A stretch of 13,397 nucleotides of DNA from a virus (lineage: Duplodnaviria > Heunggongvirae > Uroviricota > Caudoviricetes). The stretch lies in the IMG/VR virus record IMGVR_UViG_2671180674_000013; one strand, given 5' to 3'. Numbering within the stretch: position 1 is the first letter of the stretch; every line of letters starts with the position of its first letter. Under the pieces are notes generated by a model. The model saw only the letters and a list, made by a program, of their open reading frames with translations, ran no database searches and was not told the DNA's origin. The translations under genes were made by a program, and so were the position numbers. Positions 1 through 7,473 of this stretch are shown here, piece after piece.

Positions 1-378
1 ATGCAGATGAACCCCCAGAATACTCAACCGCAAATAATGAACTATGACCCGAATCTGACGTCGTGCGGACGCATGGCAAAACAAACCGTTCGATTAACTT
101 TCGGACTATGGGAATACCGCGAAACATTCGAAGTTACTGTCGGCGGCAATCTGACCGGACTGGATGTTATCAGTTGCGCTATTGAAAGCCTGTACGCAAC
201 GCTACCTTATGAAGAAGTCAGGGATAAGCGTACTGGGGAAACGGATATCATGGCCACCATTAATATTGGCGAACTGATATGCCAGGATGAAGACCTGTCC
301 GGAGAGCTCTGGCTTGCCGGGATGCTTGTCTCAGCAGAAATTATCAGTATTGAACCCGCTACAAACATACGACTCTGA
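1..378 (+). CDS. hypothetical protein (prophage accessory gene upstream of xis-int module)
   Basis: Open 125-codon frame from ATG at base 1 to TAA at 376-378. No family recognised by eye. The true start could lie upstream of the window. Confidence 0.4.
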   Translation: MQMNPQNTQPQIMNYDPNLTSCGRMAKQTVRLTFGLWEYRETFEVTVGGNLTGLDVISCAIESLYATLPYEEVRDKRTGETDIMATINIGELICQDEDLSGELWLAGMLVSAEIISIEPATNIRL

Positions 379-409
379 AGTTCTCACTATTCAGAGAGCA
401 GGAGAAAAA

Positions 410-652
410 ATGTTCGCTCTGATTAATCAAGGACAACTGTATACCGACAGTGCCGGTTACCCGGTAAAAATTGTTCGCTGCATAAACAACACCGTGTTGT
501 ACAGAAGAATGGACGGGCAAACACAATCGGTAAAAATGAACGATTTTAATGAATCGTTTGAACGGATCGATCACCAGGAATACCGACAAATTCTGGCAGA
601 AACAGAACAGGAAGCTCATCTGAAAAAATTACGTGCCATGAAAAGGAAGTAA
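410..652 (+). CDS. hypothetical small protein (80 aa)
   Basis: AGGAG at 400-404, 5-nt spacer, ATG at 410, stop TAA 650-652. The longer 287-start version in the ORF track overlaps the previous ORF and has no RBS. Confidence 0.4.
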   Translation: MFALINQGQLYTDSAGYPVKIVRCINNTVLYRRMDGQTQSVKMNDFNESFERIDHQEYRQILAETEQEAHLKKLRAMKRK

Positions 653-655
653 AGA

Positions 656-802
656 ATGAATAAAGCGTTTGAGCTATGGGTACGCCAGCGTTACGGCAAT
701 CGCTATGACCTGACGCGAGATGTTGACGGTTTCTACTGTCGCGAAATTGTGAGACGAATGTTTGAAGTGTGGTGCCACTGCCGTGGGCTGAATGTTGTGT
801 GA
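656..802 (+). CDS. hypothetical small Cys/His-containing protein (48 aa)
   Basis: AGGAAG at 644-649, 6-nt spacer, ATG 656, TGA 800-802. Below the ORF-track length cutoff, found by reading. It sits 4 nt after the previous stop, suggesting an operon. Contains C-x-x-x... and C-H-C residues. Confidence 0.3.
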   Translation: MNKAFELWVRQRYGNRYDLTRDVDGFYCREIVRRMFEVWCHCRGLNVV

Positions 803-810
803 GGTGATGT

Positions 811-1020
811 ATGGGACTGGATTGCGTGCCTATATCAACCTACTGCCGCGACGCGGGAGAAACGGTTGATGCCGTTAACAAACGGATACAAAGAGGAATC
901 TGGAAAGAAGGGATTCATGTATTAAAAGTCGACGGAGTTAAAGAACGTTGGGTCGACTTAATGGAGATTTCAAAATGGGCAAGAAAGAACAAGGATCATT
1001 ATCTCTCCCTAGAGGAGTAA
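811..1020 (+). CDS. excisionase-like small DNA-binding protein (Xis-like)
   Basis: 69-aa basic protein directly upstream of and overlapping the integrase start, the typical xis-int arrangement. GAGGTGA RBS lies 5 nt before ATG 811. Family assignment is by position and size, not by a recognised motif. Confidence 0.5.
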   Translation: MGLDCVPISTYCRDAGETVDAVNKRIQRGIWKEGIHVLKVDGVKERWVDLMEISKWARKNKDHYLSLEE

Positions 1021-2147
1021 CTATTCGCCAGCATAAAACTGGCAGCACCCTGGTTATCACTTTTACATATAAAGGGGTTCTGTGTCGGGAACCCCTCTCC
1101 AGAATGGAAGTAAATGCGCGCGGCGTGAAGTACGCCGAGCGTCTGCTGGGAGAAATAAAAAATCAGATTATCGATGGTACCTTCGAATATGCAAAATACT
1201 TCCCCAACTCCCAAAAGCTGGAGTTGTTCGGGGGAGTGAAAAAAAACAAAAATATAAAATCTTACCTGGATGAATACCTGATTATCTGCCAGAACCGTAA
1301 CCTGTCACCATCGACAATTAGAGGTTATGAAAAATGCCTGTCGGCGCTGTCAGCATTGCATAAATTTCATGTATCAGAACTGACACCTGCAGTACTAAAA
1401 AACTGGATCGCCAGCAGAAAAACAAAACTGAAAACTATCCGCAATAATCTTTCATTCCTGCGCAGCGCCATAGATGAAGCGGTGACCGATGGTTTGTTAA
1501 CAATAAATCCTGTCACGCTGGTCAGCGCCAGCCGGTATCACGTATTGGACAACACACCAGGCAGTGATGATTACGAGGTCGATCCTTTTACACCAGCGGA
1601 GACGGCAGCAATCTATGACGCCTGTCATTACCCGGAATGGCGAAATCTGTTTCGCTTTGCCTTTAATACCGGACTGCGCAGCTCAGAATTGTGCGCGTTG
1701 CGCTGGACAGATATAGACTTCATCGGCAACACTGCACATGTCCAGACTGCAAGCGTAGTCGGGGTAATCAAAAGCACCAAAACAAAAGCCGGCACTCGCA
1801 AAGTACAACTGAACAACGAAGCACTGGCAGCTCTTCAGGCACAAAAGCCCTACACGGCGCTAAAAAGCGACTTCATATTCAGCGATCCGAAAACTCGCGC
1901 TCCTTGGGCAAACGCAGATGCGATCCGCAAAAAAGCCTGGGTACCGACCCTTAAAAAGGCTGGAGTACGCTATCGCAATCCGTACCAGACACGCCACACG
2001 TTCGCCACTCGGCACATTAGCCAGGGTGTTAACCTGTTCTGGCTTGCTGGTCAGATGGGGCATAAAGGACCGGAAATGCTGTTCAGACATTACGGCTCTT
2101 ACCTTGCAGAATACGATGGAAAAACGGCGATTTCTGCAACCCCGTAA
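975..2147 (+). CDS. int: tyrosine recombinase / phage integrase (lambda-type, N-terminal arm-binding domain)
   Basis: N-terminus LSLPRGVTIRQHKTGSTLVITFTYKGVLCRE resembles the arm-binding domain of enterobacterial prophage integrases. C-terminus carries R...HTFATRH...LAGQMGH...RHYGSY, matching the tyrosine-recombinase R-H-R-Y box. Start placed at ATG 975 (GGAG at 963-966); the ORF track starts earlier at a TTG (948). Confidence 0.88.
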   Translation: MGKKEQGSLSLPRGVTIRQHKTGSTLVITFTYKGVLCREPLSRMEVNARGVKYAERLLGEIKNQIIDGTFEYAKYFPNSQKLELFGGVKKNKNIKSYLDEYLIICQNRNLSPSTIRGYEKCLSALSALHKFHVSELTPAVLKNWIASRKTKLKTIRNNLSFLRSAIDEAVTDGLLTINPVTLVSASRYHVLDNTPGSDDYEVDPFTPAETAAIYDACHYPEWRNLFRFAFNTGLRSSELCALRWTDIDFIGNTAHVQTASVVGVIKSTKTKAGTRKVQLNNEALAALQAQKPYTALKSDFIFSDPKTRAPWANADAIRKKAWVPTLKKAGVRYRNPYQTRHTFATRHISQGVNLFWLAGQMGHKGPEMLFRHYGSYLAEYDGKTAISATP

Positions 2148-2279
2148 CGGCAAAATTTTTCAAAATGTTGTACAGAATCAGGACGTTACCGGGACAACAA
2201 TATGTACGTAAAATGCACATAATGCCTTGCGTGAAAAAATAAATCGTTCGTATTCAATAAACTATGTGAATCCCGATCA

Positions 2280-2306
2280 CGGGTTCAACTCCCGCCAGCT
2301 CCACCA
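2280..2306 (+). other. attachment-site core: 27-nt copy of the 3' end of tmRNA gene ssrA (ends ...GCCAGCTCCACCA)
   Basis: CGGGTTCAACTCCCGCCAGCTCCACCA is identical to the 3' terminus of enterobacterial ssrA as I recall it. Sequence upstream of 2280 does not continue the ssrA match, so this is a displaced or partial 3' segment, not a full gene. Confidence 0.75.
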
Positions 2307-2341
2307 AATCATGATCCGGATACGTCCGGTGAAGTACAGAA

Positions 2342-2374
2342 AGCCCGCACGGCACAAGCCCTGCGGGCTTTTTT
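2342..2374 (+). terminator. rho-independent terminator (ssrA-type)
   Basis: Stem AGCCCGCA (2342-2349) pairs with TGCGGGCT (2362-2369), followed by a T-run 2369-2374. Confidence 0.7.
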
Positions 2375-2416
2375 GTGTCTGTCATTGTCCGAGAACATCC
2401 GGCTAAATCCAGAGAA

Positions 2417-2472
2417 AATTGGTACACGTTTAGGTACACGCTATACTGTGGTCCATTAAACGTGTACCAATT
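2417..2472 (+). promoter_or_regulatory. putative int promoter embedded in a 16-bp perfect inverted repeat (operator-like)
   Basis: AATTGGTACACGTTTA (2417-2432) and TAAACGTGTACCAATT (2457-2472) are exact reverse complements. A third GGTACACG copy is at 2433-2440. Between them lie a -35-like TTGGTA (2419-2424), a 17-bp spacer and a -10-like TATACT (2442-2447). The RBS GGAAGG (2475-2480) and ATG 2490 follow. Confidence 0.45.
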
Positions 2473-2489
2473 ATGGAAGGGATCCAGAC

Positions 2490-3680
2490 ATGGCGCGTAT
2501 CACACGCCCCCTCACTAACAATGAAATCCTTAAAGCCAAACCCCGTGAAAAAGACTTCACCCTTCATGATGGTGATGGCTTGTTCTTGCTCGTCAAAACC
2601 ACTGGTAAAAAACTCTGGCGCTTCCGTTATCAACGACCGGGAAGCAGCAGCCGCACAAATTTGAGTCTCGGCTCATATCCTGCCCTTACACTCGCAGCAG
2701 CTCGTCAGATACGCGACCAGCACTTAACCACGCTTGCGCAAGGTATGGATCCGCAGCAGCAACAAGAGCAGGCATCAGAACAACGTCAGATTGAGTTGGA
2801 TAGTATTTTCTCAACTGTGGCCGCCAACTGGTTCAAAATGAAGAGCAAAAGTGTCACTGAAGACTACGCTAAAGATATTTGGCGCTCTTTGGATAAGGAT
2901 GTGTTCCCTGCAATAGGCGCGATTCCTGTTCAGGAGATTAAGGCCAGAACGATAGTTGAAGCGTTGGAACCAATCAAAGCACGAGGTGCATTAGAAACTG
3001 TTCGTCGCTTGGTCCAGCGCATTAACGAAATAATGATTTACGCAGTTAACACAGGCCTGATTGATGCTAATCCGGCATCGGGTGTCGGAATGGCATTTGA
3101 GAAACCGAAAAAGCAAAACATGCCGACACTTCGACCAGAAGAATTGCCAAAGCTCATGCGCTCTTTGGTGATGTCGAATCTCTCAGTTTCGACCCGCTGT
3201 CTAATTGAATGGCAACTCCTGACGCTCGTGCGTCCATCTGAGGCTTCTGGCGCTCGGTGGGTAGAGATCGATCTTGATGCCAGGCTCTGGACAATTCCAG
3301 CAGAGCGGATGAAAGCAAATCGAGAGCATATCGTTCCTTTATCAACCCAGGCGTTAGAAATTTTGGAAGTAATGAAGCCTATTAGTGCTCATCGTGAACA
3401 TGTCTTCCCCAGTAGAAATGATCCCAAACAGCCAATGAATAGCCAGACGGCGAACGCTGCCTTAAAGCGGATTGGTTATGGTGGAAAGTTGGTTGCACAT
3501 GGTTTACGTTCAATTGCGAGTACAGCTATGAACGAGGCGGGATTCAATGCTGACGTCATTGAGTCTGCTCTAGCACACTCTGATAGAAATGAAGTTAGAA
3601 GAGCTTATAATCGTTCTACATATCTAGATAAAAAAATAATACTATTTAACTGGTGGGGTGCACAGGTCTATAAGAAGTAA
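2490..3680 (+). CDS. int: P4-family tyrosine integrase (CP4-57 IntA-like)
   Basis: 396 aa. N-terminal MARITRPLTNNEILKAKP...DGDGLFLLV...KLWRFRY and C-terminal HGLRSIASTAMNEAGF...ALAHSDRNEVRRAYNRSTYL match the conserved blocks of P4/CP4-57-type integrases as I remember them. It sits about 180 bp downstream of the ssrA 3' core, as intA does relative to ssrA in E. coli K-12. Confidence 0.9.
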   Translation: MARITRPLTNNEILKAKPREKDFTLHDGDGLFLLVKTTGKKLWRFRYQRPGSSSRTNLSLGSYPALTLAAARQIRDQHLTTLAQGMDPQQQQEQASEQRQIELDSIFSTVAANWFKMKSKSVTEDYAKDIWRSLDKDVFPAIGAIPVQEIKARTIVEALEPIKARGALETVRRLVQRINEIMIYAVNTGLIDANPASGVGMAFEKPKKQNMPTLRPEELPKLMRSLVMSNLSVSTRCLIEWQLLTLVRPSEASGARWVEIDLDARLWTIPAERMKANREHIVPLSTQALEILEVMKPISAHREHVFPSRNDPKQPMNSQTANAALKRIGYGGKLVAHGLRSIASTAMNEAGFNADVIESALAHSDRNEVRRAYNRSTYLDKKIILFNWWGAQVYKK

Positions 3681-3683
3681 ATA

Positions 3684-3705
3684 GAGCCTGCTGAAATGCA
3701 GGCTC
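3684..3705. terminator. bidirectional hairpin between convergent int and cargo gene
   Basis: GAGCCTGC (3684-3691) pairs with GCAGGCTC (3698-3705) around a 6-nt loop. It lies between the int stop (3680) and the minus-strand stop (3713), with T-rich flanks on both strands. Confidence 0.55.
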
Positions 3706-3712
3706 CACTTCT

Positions 3713-6349
3713 TTATTCAGTAAATATTACATCATCAATATTAAAAGACACTTTAAAATTAGGGTAGAGTTTCAATATTACCTTTTCGAAAATCTCATCA
3801 TCATCATTTAAATTTCTTGCTCTTGAATAAAGACGGTAATTATCTTTTGTTATTTGTTTAATTTCGATATGACAAGCATCATTACTATCAAAGCCTCTAA
3901 AGAAGGTAAAACTATCCAAACTTACAGCATAAATATTATTCAAGGCATTTTCGTCCTCAAAGAAGTAAGTTAACTTATAATCCTTATAAACTTCATAATT
4001 ATAGTTCTTAACTGAATTTTTATTCACAAATAATATATAATTACTCTTCTCTATATCAGCATCATTAAATTTTAAAAAACGCCCTCCTGCTTTGACACAA
4101 TTGAATAATTGCTGCTTATATATAGATATGATTCCATCTCCATATAGCCCAGCACTTGATAAATATGAAACATCATCAACCACGCCTAAAAACTCACGTT
4201 TTGATGGATAAAAAATTAGTTCACTTGTTTTATGGCATATAGGAAGCTTGGATAAATCAACATTTAATGTACTAACAAGCCATTTATTTAAATGTAAATT
4301 CACATCTATTTTAAAGCGTAATACAATGTTCTTATCCATTGTCGATTTTATAACTTTTCTCGTAACTTCTTTGCTCTTATACTCCAACATCATATCAAAT
4401 TTATCTTTAATTAAATCCACTTCCCTTTTCACTTCATTATTATCATACCCCATAGATGTTACCATTATATCTAATTCAGGAGACTCACACGCTTTAATTA
4501 GCAGGTGATAGTCGTTAGAACTAAATCCCACCACATCGACTAATTTACGCCAGTCGTACAAGTATCTCAGGTTAAACCCTCTACGTTTTACAGCCAAAAC
4601 CAATAATATAAAGACTAATGCTCTTATTGCATAGTGATATTCTGTAACAGTATAGGCCTCACCTTCCGGGAGATTTCTAATTCGTTGTTCATCTATACTT
4701 GCACGAATTCTTTCTTCATAAGAACCAAATAACATTCCATATAACTCAACTTCATCTGTATAATTAGAAAAGATAGCAAGATCGCTCCACAATTTGCTAG
4801 CATTAATTATCGCATCGATCTCCACGTCACTTTTATTGTCAGTTTGAATTGCGCTCCAACGCATCTGAAGAACAGTTAAAACAAACCGCTGAATTTTAAA
4901 TATAACAGAAATAATTTCGCTAGCATTTCTTTTTTCTAAATTCAAATACTTGACACTAAGATGCTTAGTTCCTGCATTAAAGTACTCCCCCCAAAACATT
5001 ATCGCACTGTAATCTAACTCATTGCATGCAGATTCAATCAACCCTTTAATGACTTCATAATAGTCTGCGTTATCATCGTGATAACTCAAATAACTATTCA
5101 AGGTATCTTCATGATTTTTGATAAAAGCATTAAAGTCATCTCTATTTAAAGAGAGTTTTGCTATCTGTATTATAAATTCTAACGCGGCAGTTTTCTTTCT
5201 AAGATTAACATTCAACTCAGAAAAATTATTCATTAACTCATCAATAGAATTTTTTTTCACATCCGAATTATTTAAATATTGATATGACAGTCCAAAAGCT
5301 ATATCAAAAGGATATGCTGAAACATCCCCATTAACTAAGCATGAAAAAACATTAATAGCATTTCTTATTGACTCTCTGTTATTTTCCAAAAGAGCACTAT
5401 ACAGATAGATGACAACCCCATTAATTAATTCATCATAATGATTAATCACTTTAAATTCATTATCTGTTATTAACACACCAACAATCAAAGAAGAAACTTT
5501 CTTTGATGATTTTTTATCCAAAATTTTTTTAGCCGTATAATTAACTTCTATAGTTTTGCTTCCACTACTATGCAGGTTAATATTTGGCACAATAATTTCA
5601 TATTCATCCAATAAACCTTTTATCTTCATTCCATTTAAAAAATTGTTTAGTTTATGGAATTTCTCTAAATCTATGTCAACAGTCAAAACATTATCACCCC
5701 CATATATCCCTATGCTATATGGTTGTTGCTTTTGCATTTTCATTTTGCCATAAGAATAATATCCATTTGGTAAATCTCTAACTAGATTTAAAATCTTATC
5801 ATGTAATTCAGAGTTAGCATCCTCTAACAAGGTATAACCCTTGACAAGACTTGAGCAGTGAGATTGTAAATACTCAACAGCGAAGTTCTTATTACGTGAC
5901 ATGTTAAATAATTTCAAGTATGTTTTAAAATACTTCAAAAGAAAATACATTGATAGTAATTGTGACACCACATACTGAGCAATACCACCACCAAAAACAA
6001 AAAAGAAGAATGAAATTATCAAGGTTGATATTGCATCAATACCAAACTGCACAAGGTTGATTTCATCCAGTATCTTTTTCCTAATATAACTTTCCAACGC
6101 ACGAGGTGAGGATTTATTAACAGCATCAACAGTCACACTCATAAAAGTTAATGACAACGCACTGATTGTACCGTGTATACCTAAGGAGACCCCCCAAGCA
6201 CTAAATATCCAATCAAACCCCAATTTTTTTAAATCACTAGAATTAGAAAACAACCACCACCACTCATTTTTACAAAAAAAAACAAGAATACATAAAGTAA
6301 AAAAAATAAAAAAACCAGAGATATAACAAAACAATCTTTTACCCATCAT
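3713..6349 (-). CDS. large membrane-anchored protein of unknown function; candidate anti-phage defence / abortive-infection effector
   Basis: 878-codon uninterrupted frame. Strongly AT-rich: a few sampled lines give roughly 20-32% G+C, against visibly GC-rich neighbours. The first ~145 residues contain 3-4 hydrophobic helices (LFCYISGFFIFFTLCILVFFC, FDWIFSAWGVSLGIHGTISALSLTFMSV, FGIDAISTLIISFFFFVFGGGIAQYVV). The remaining ~730 residues are hydrophilic and Asn/Lys/Tyr-rich with no canonical Walker A, HNH or PD-(D/E)xK motif seen by eye. AAGGA lies just upstream of the ATG. Confidence 0.8.
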   Translation of the reverse strand: MMGKRLFCYISGFFIFFTLCILVFFCKNEWWWLFSNSSDLKKLGFDWIFSAWGVSLGIHGTISALSLTFMSVTVDAVNKSSPRALESYIRKKILDEINLVQFGIDAISTLIISFFFFVFGGGIAQYVVSQLLSMYFLLKYFKTYLKLFNMSRNKNFAVEYLQSHCSSLVKGYTLLEDANSELHDKILNLVRDLPNGYYSYGKMKMQKQQPYSIGIYGGDNVLTVDIDLEKFHKLNNFLNGMKIKGLLDEYEIIVPNINLHSSGSKTIEVNYTAKKILDKKSSKKVSSLIVGVLITDNEFKVINHYDELINGVVIYLYSALLENNRESIRNAINVFSCLVNGDVSAYPFDIAFGLSYQYLNNSDVKKNSIDELMNNFSELNVNLRKKTAALEFIIQIAKLSLNRDDFNAFIKNHEDTLNSYLSYHDDNADYYEVIKGLIESACNELDYSAIMFWGEYFNAGTKHLSVKYLNLEKRNASEIISVIFKIQRFVLTVLQMRWSAIQTDNKSDVEIDAIINASKLWSDLAIFSNYTDEVELYGMLFGSYEERIRASIDEQRIRNLPEGEAYTVTEYHYAIRALVFILLVLAVKRRGFNLRYLYDWRKLVDVVGFSSNDYHLLIKACESPELDIMVTSMGYDNNEVKREVDLIKDKFDMMLEYKSKEVTRKVIKSTMDKNIVLRFKIDVNLHLNKWLVSTLNVDLSKLPICHKTSELIFYPSKREFLGVVDDVSYLSSAGLYGDGIISIYKQQLFNCVKAGGRFLKFNDADIEKSNYILFVNKNSVKNYNYEVYKDYKLTYFFEDENALNNIYAVSLDSFTFFRGFDSNDACHIEIKQITKDNYRLYSRARNLNDDDEIFEKVILKLYPNFKVSFNIDDVIFTE

Positions 6350-6457
6350 TCGTCCTTATGTTTTTTGGGTATTGTAAACCAAAGATAAAACCCTCTATGG
6401 TTTTGCATGCCCTGTATATTGATTTGTGTAAATTAGCTCATTACCAATTAGCGCGCA

Positions 6458-6476
6458 ATGCTCTCCCCGCCACGCC
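6458..6476 (-). other. cos-like site (P2/186/P4-type 19-nt cohesive-end sequence)
   Basis: The minus strand reads GGCGTGGCGGGGAGAGCAT. This matches the P2/186-family cohesive-end sequence as I recall it (P2 GGCGAGGCGGGGAAAGCAC, 16/19; a 186-type variant matches more closely). It lies about 170 bp downstream of the psu-like gene, where cos sits in P4. Confidence 0.5.
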
Positions 6477-6576
6477 TGCCCGCTTAAGAGGTCACTTTTA
6501 ATGCAGGTGCATGAACGGCCTCAGACCGCACCGGTACTGGTGTTGCGTGGGATAAAAAATACGGGGATTTGCATGC

Positions 6577-6610
6577 AAAGCCATGCACCTTATGGATGCA
6601 TGGCTTTTTT
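6577..6610 (+). terminator. terminator-like hairpin (canonical on + strand; may also act on the late operon)
   Basis: AAAGCCATGCA (6577-6587) pairs with TGCATGGCTTT (6597-6607) around a 9-nt loop, followed by TTTTTT to 6610 on the + strand. On the minus strand only 3 U follow the stem. Confidence 0.45.
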
Positions 6611-6648
6611 CGGGAAAAATAGCGGAATTTTCGGTTTTTTTTCGCGTG

Positions 6649-7215
6649 CTACCGTGCGGCCAGTTCTGCACGTCGGCGGGTGTAAATCAGGTTCTGTGCC
6701 GGGGTGAATTTCTGGCGATTATCATCCCGCGAAGCCGCATCAGGCCTGAATCCGATAGCCGTTAAAATATCGCTGTCCTGCACGGAATAATTAATTTTTT
6801 CACCTGCGGCCAGCCACACCGACAGGGCTTCACGCAGATAATCAACCGAGTGCTGCATGGCGCTCTGTTTTACTGCGGGAAGCTGTTCGTGATATCCCAT
6901 CAGCTCAGGTGCCAGCGTGGCGGCCAGCTCCGCGCCGTGCTGCTGCATAAAGTCATGGAGCCGGTTGCGGATACTGATGTGCTGCACCTCCTCATGTGAG
7001 CGGATATAGCGACCGGCGGCCTGATTAATTTCCCACTTTTTCACGTCGATATTGTCGCGCAAATCCTGCATTCTGAGCGGGATTTGTTCGTCACCGGCAA
7101 GGAGCTGTTCACGGTATTCCCGTTCAAGGTCTGCCAGTTCGGCTTTACGTTTCAGCCAGGTGTTTTTGTTCGTCTGACAGGCCTCAAAGGCCTGCTGTAT
7201 GGTCACAGTGGTCAC
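6649..7215 (-). CDS. psu: Psu-like protein (polarity suppression / capsid decoration), by position and size
   Basis: 188 aa, last gene of the minus-strand late operon, immediately before the cos-like site. P4 Psu is about 190 aa and occupies the same position (sid-delta-psu-cos). This is not a verified sequence match. Confidence 0.5.
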   Translation of the reverse strand: MTTVTIQQAFEACQTNKNTWLKRKAELADLEREYREQLLAGDEQIPLRMQDLRDNIDVKKWEINQAAGRYIRSHEEVQHISIRNRLHDFMQQHGAELAATLAPELMGYHEQLPAVKQSAMQHSVDYLREALSVWLAAGEKINYSVQDSDILTAIGFRPDAASRDDNRQKFTPAQNLIYTRRRAELAAR

Positions 7216-7230
7216 GTGTCTCTCTCCTGA

Positions 7231-7470
7231 TTAATGCCGGAACGGCGAGCTGTAGCAGCCCTGTACTTTACGCGGCGGCGGTGGCGTCACCGGGGCGGGG
7301 TCGGGTTTCTCCGGTGCGGCACGTATCACACCGTCAACCGACTCGATGGTGCGGAAAGTGGCCGAGCATTCGATATTGGTACACTGGTGATAACGCTGTT
7401 TGACGTTTTCCGACAGATAACGGCTGGTACGGACGTGCGCGGTATTTTTGCAGAACGGGCAGTGAAACAT
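7231..7470 (-). CDS. ogr: Ogr/Delta-family zinc-finger late transcriptional activator
   Basis: MFHCPFCKNTAHVRTSRYLSENVKQRYHQCTNIECSATFRTIESV carries the C-x2-C...C-x4-C spacing and the conserved RTSRY, RYHQC and CSATF blocks of P2 Ogr as I recall them. Single-domain, 79 aa. Confidence 0.85.
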   Translation of the reverse strand: MFHCPFCKNTAHVRTSRYLSENVKQRYHQCTNIECSATFRTIESVDGVIRAAPEKPDPAPVTPPPPRKVQGCYSSPFRH

Positions 7471-7473
7471 GAT

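Noticed and set aside
1628-2211. Several 60-100-aa ORFs on both strands within or just after the first integrase gene
   Set aside because: They are nested in, or antisense to, the integrase coding frame and have no independent start signals.
2280-2306. Calling a tmRNA (ssrA) gene here
   Set aside because: Only the last 27 nt match ssrA and the upstream sequence diverges immediately. It is an att-site core or displaced 3' fragment, not a functional RNA gene.
2473-2664. 63-aa plus-strand ORF beginning at ATG 2473
   Set aside because: Out of frame with the integrase, and its ATG lies inside the integrase RBS region. The integrase frame from 2490 is the supported one.
3713-6349. Possible P-loop (SSGSKT) in the 878-aa protein
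   Set aside because: It does not fit GxxxxGK[ST], since there is no Gly four residues before the GSK. Not called as an NTPase motif.
6501-6765. Two small plus-strand ORFs (68 and 60 aa) in the cos/terminator interval
   Set aside because: They overlap the hairpin terminator and the 3' end of the psu-like gene on the opposite strand, and have no RBS. Treated as non-coding.
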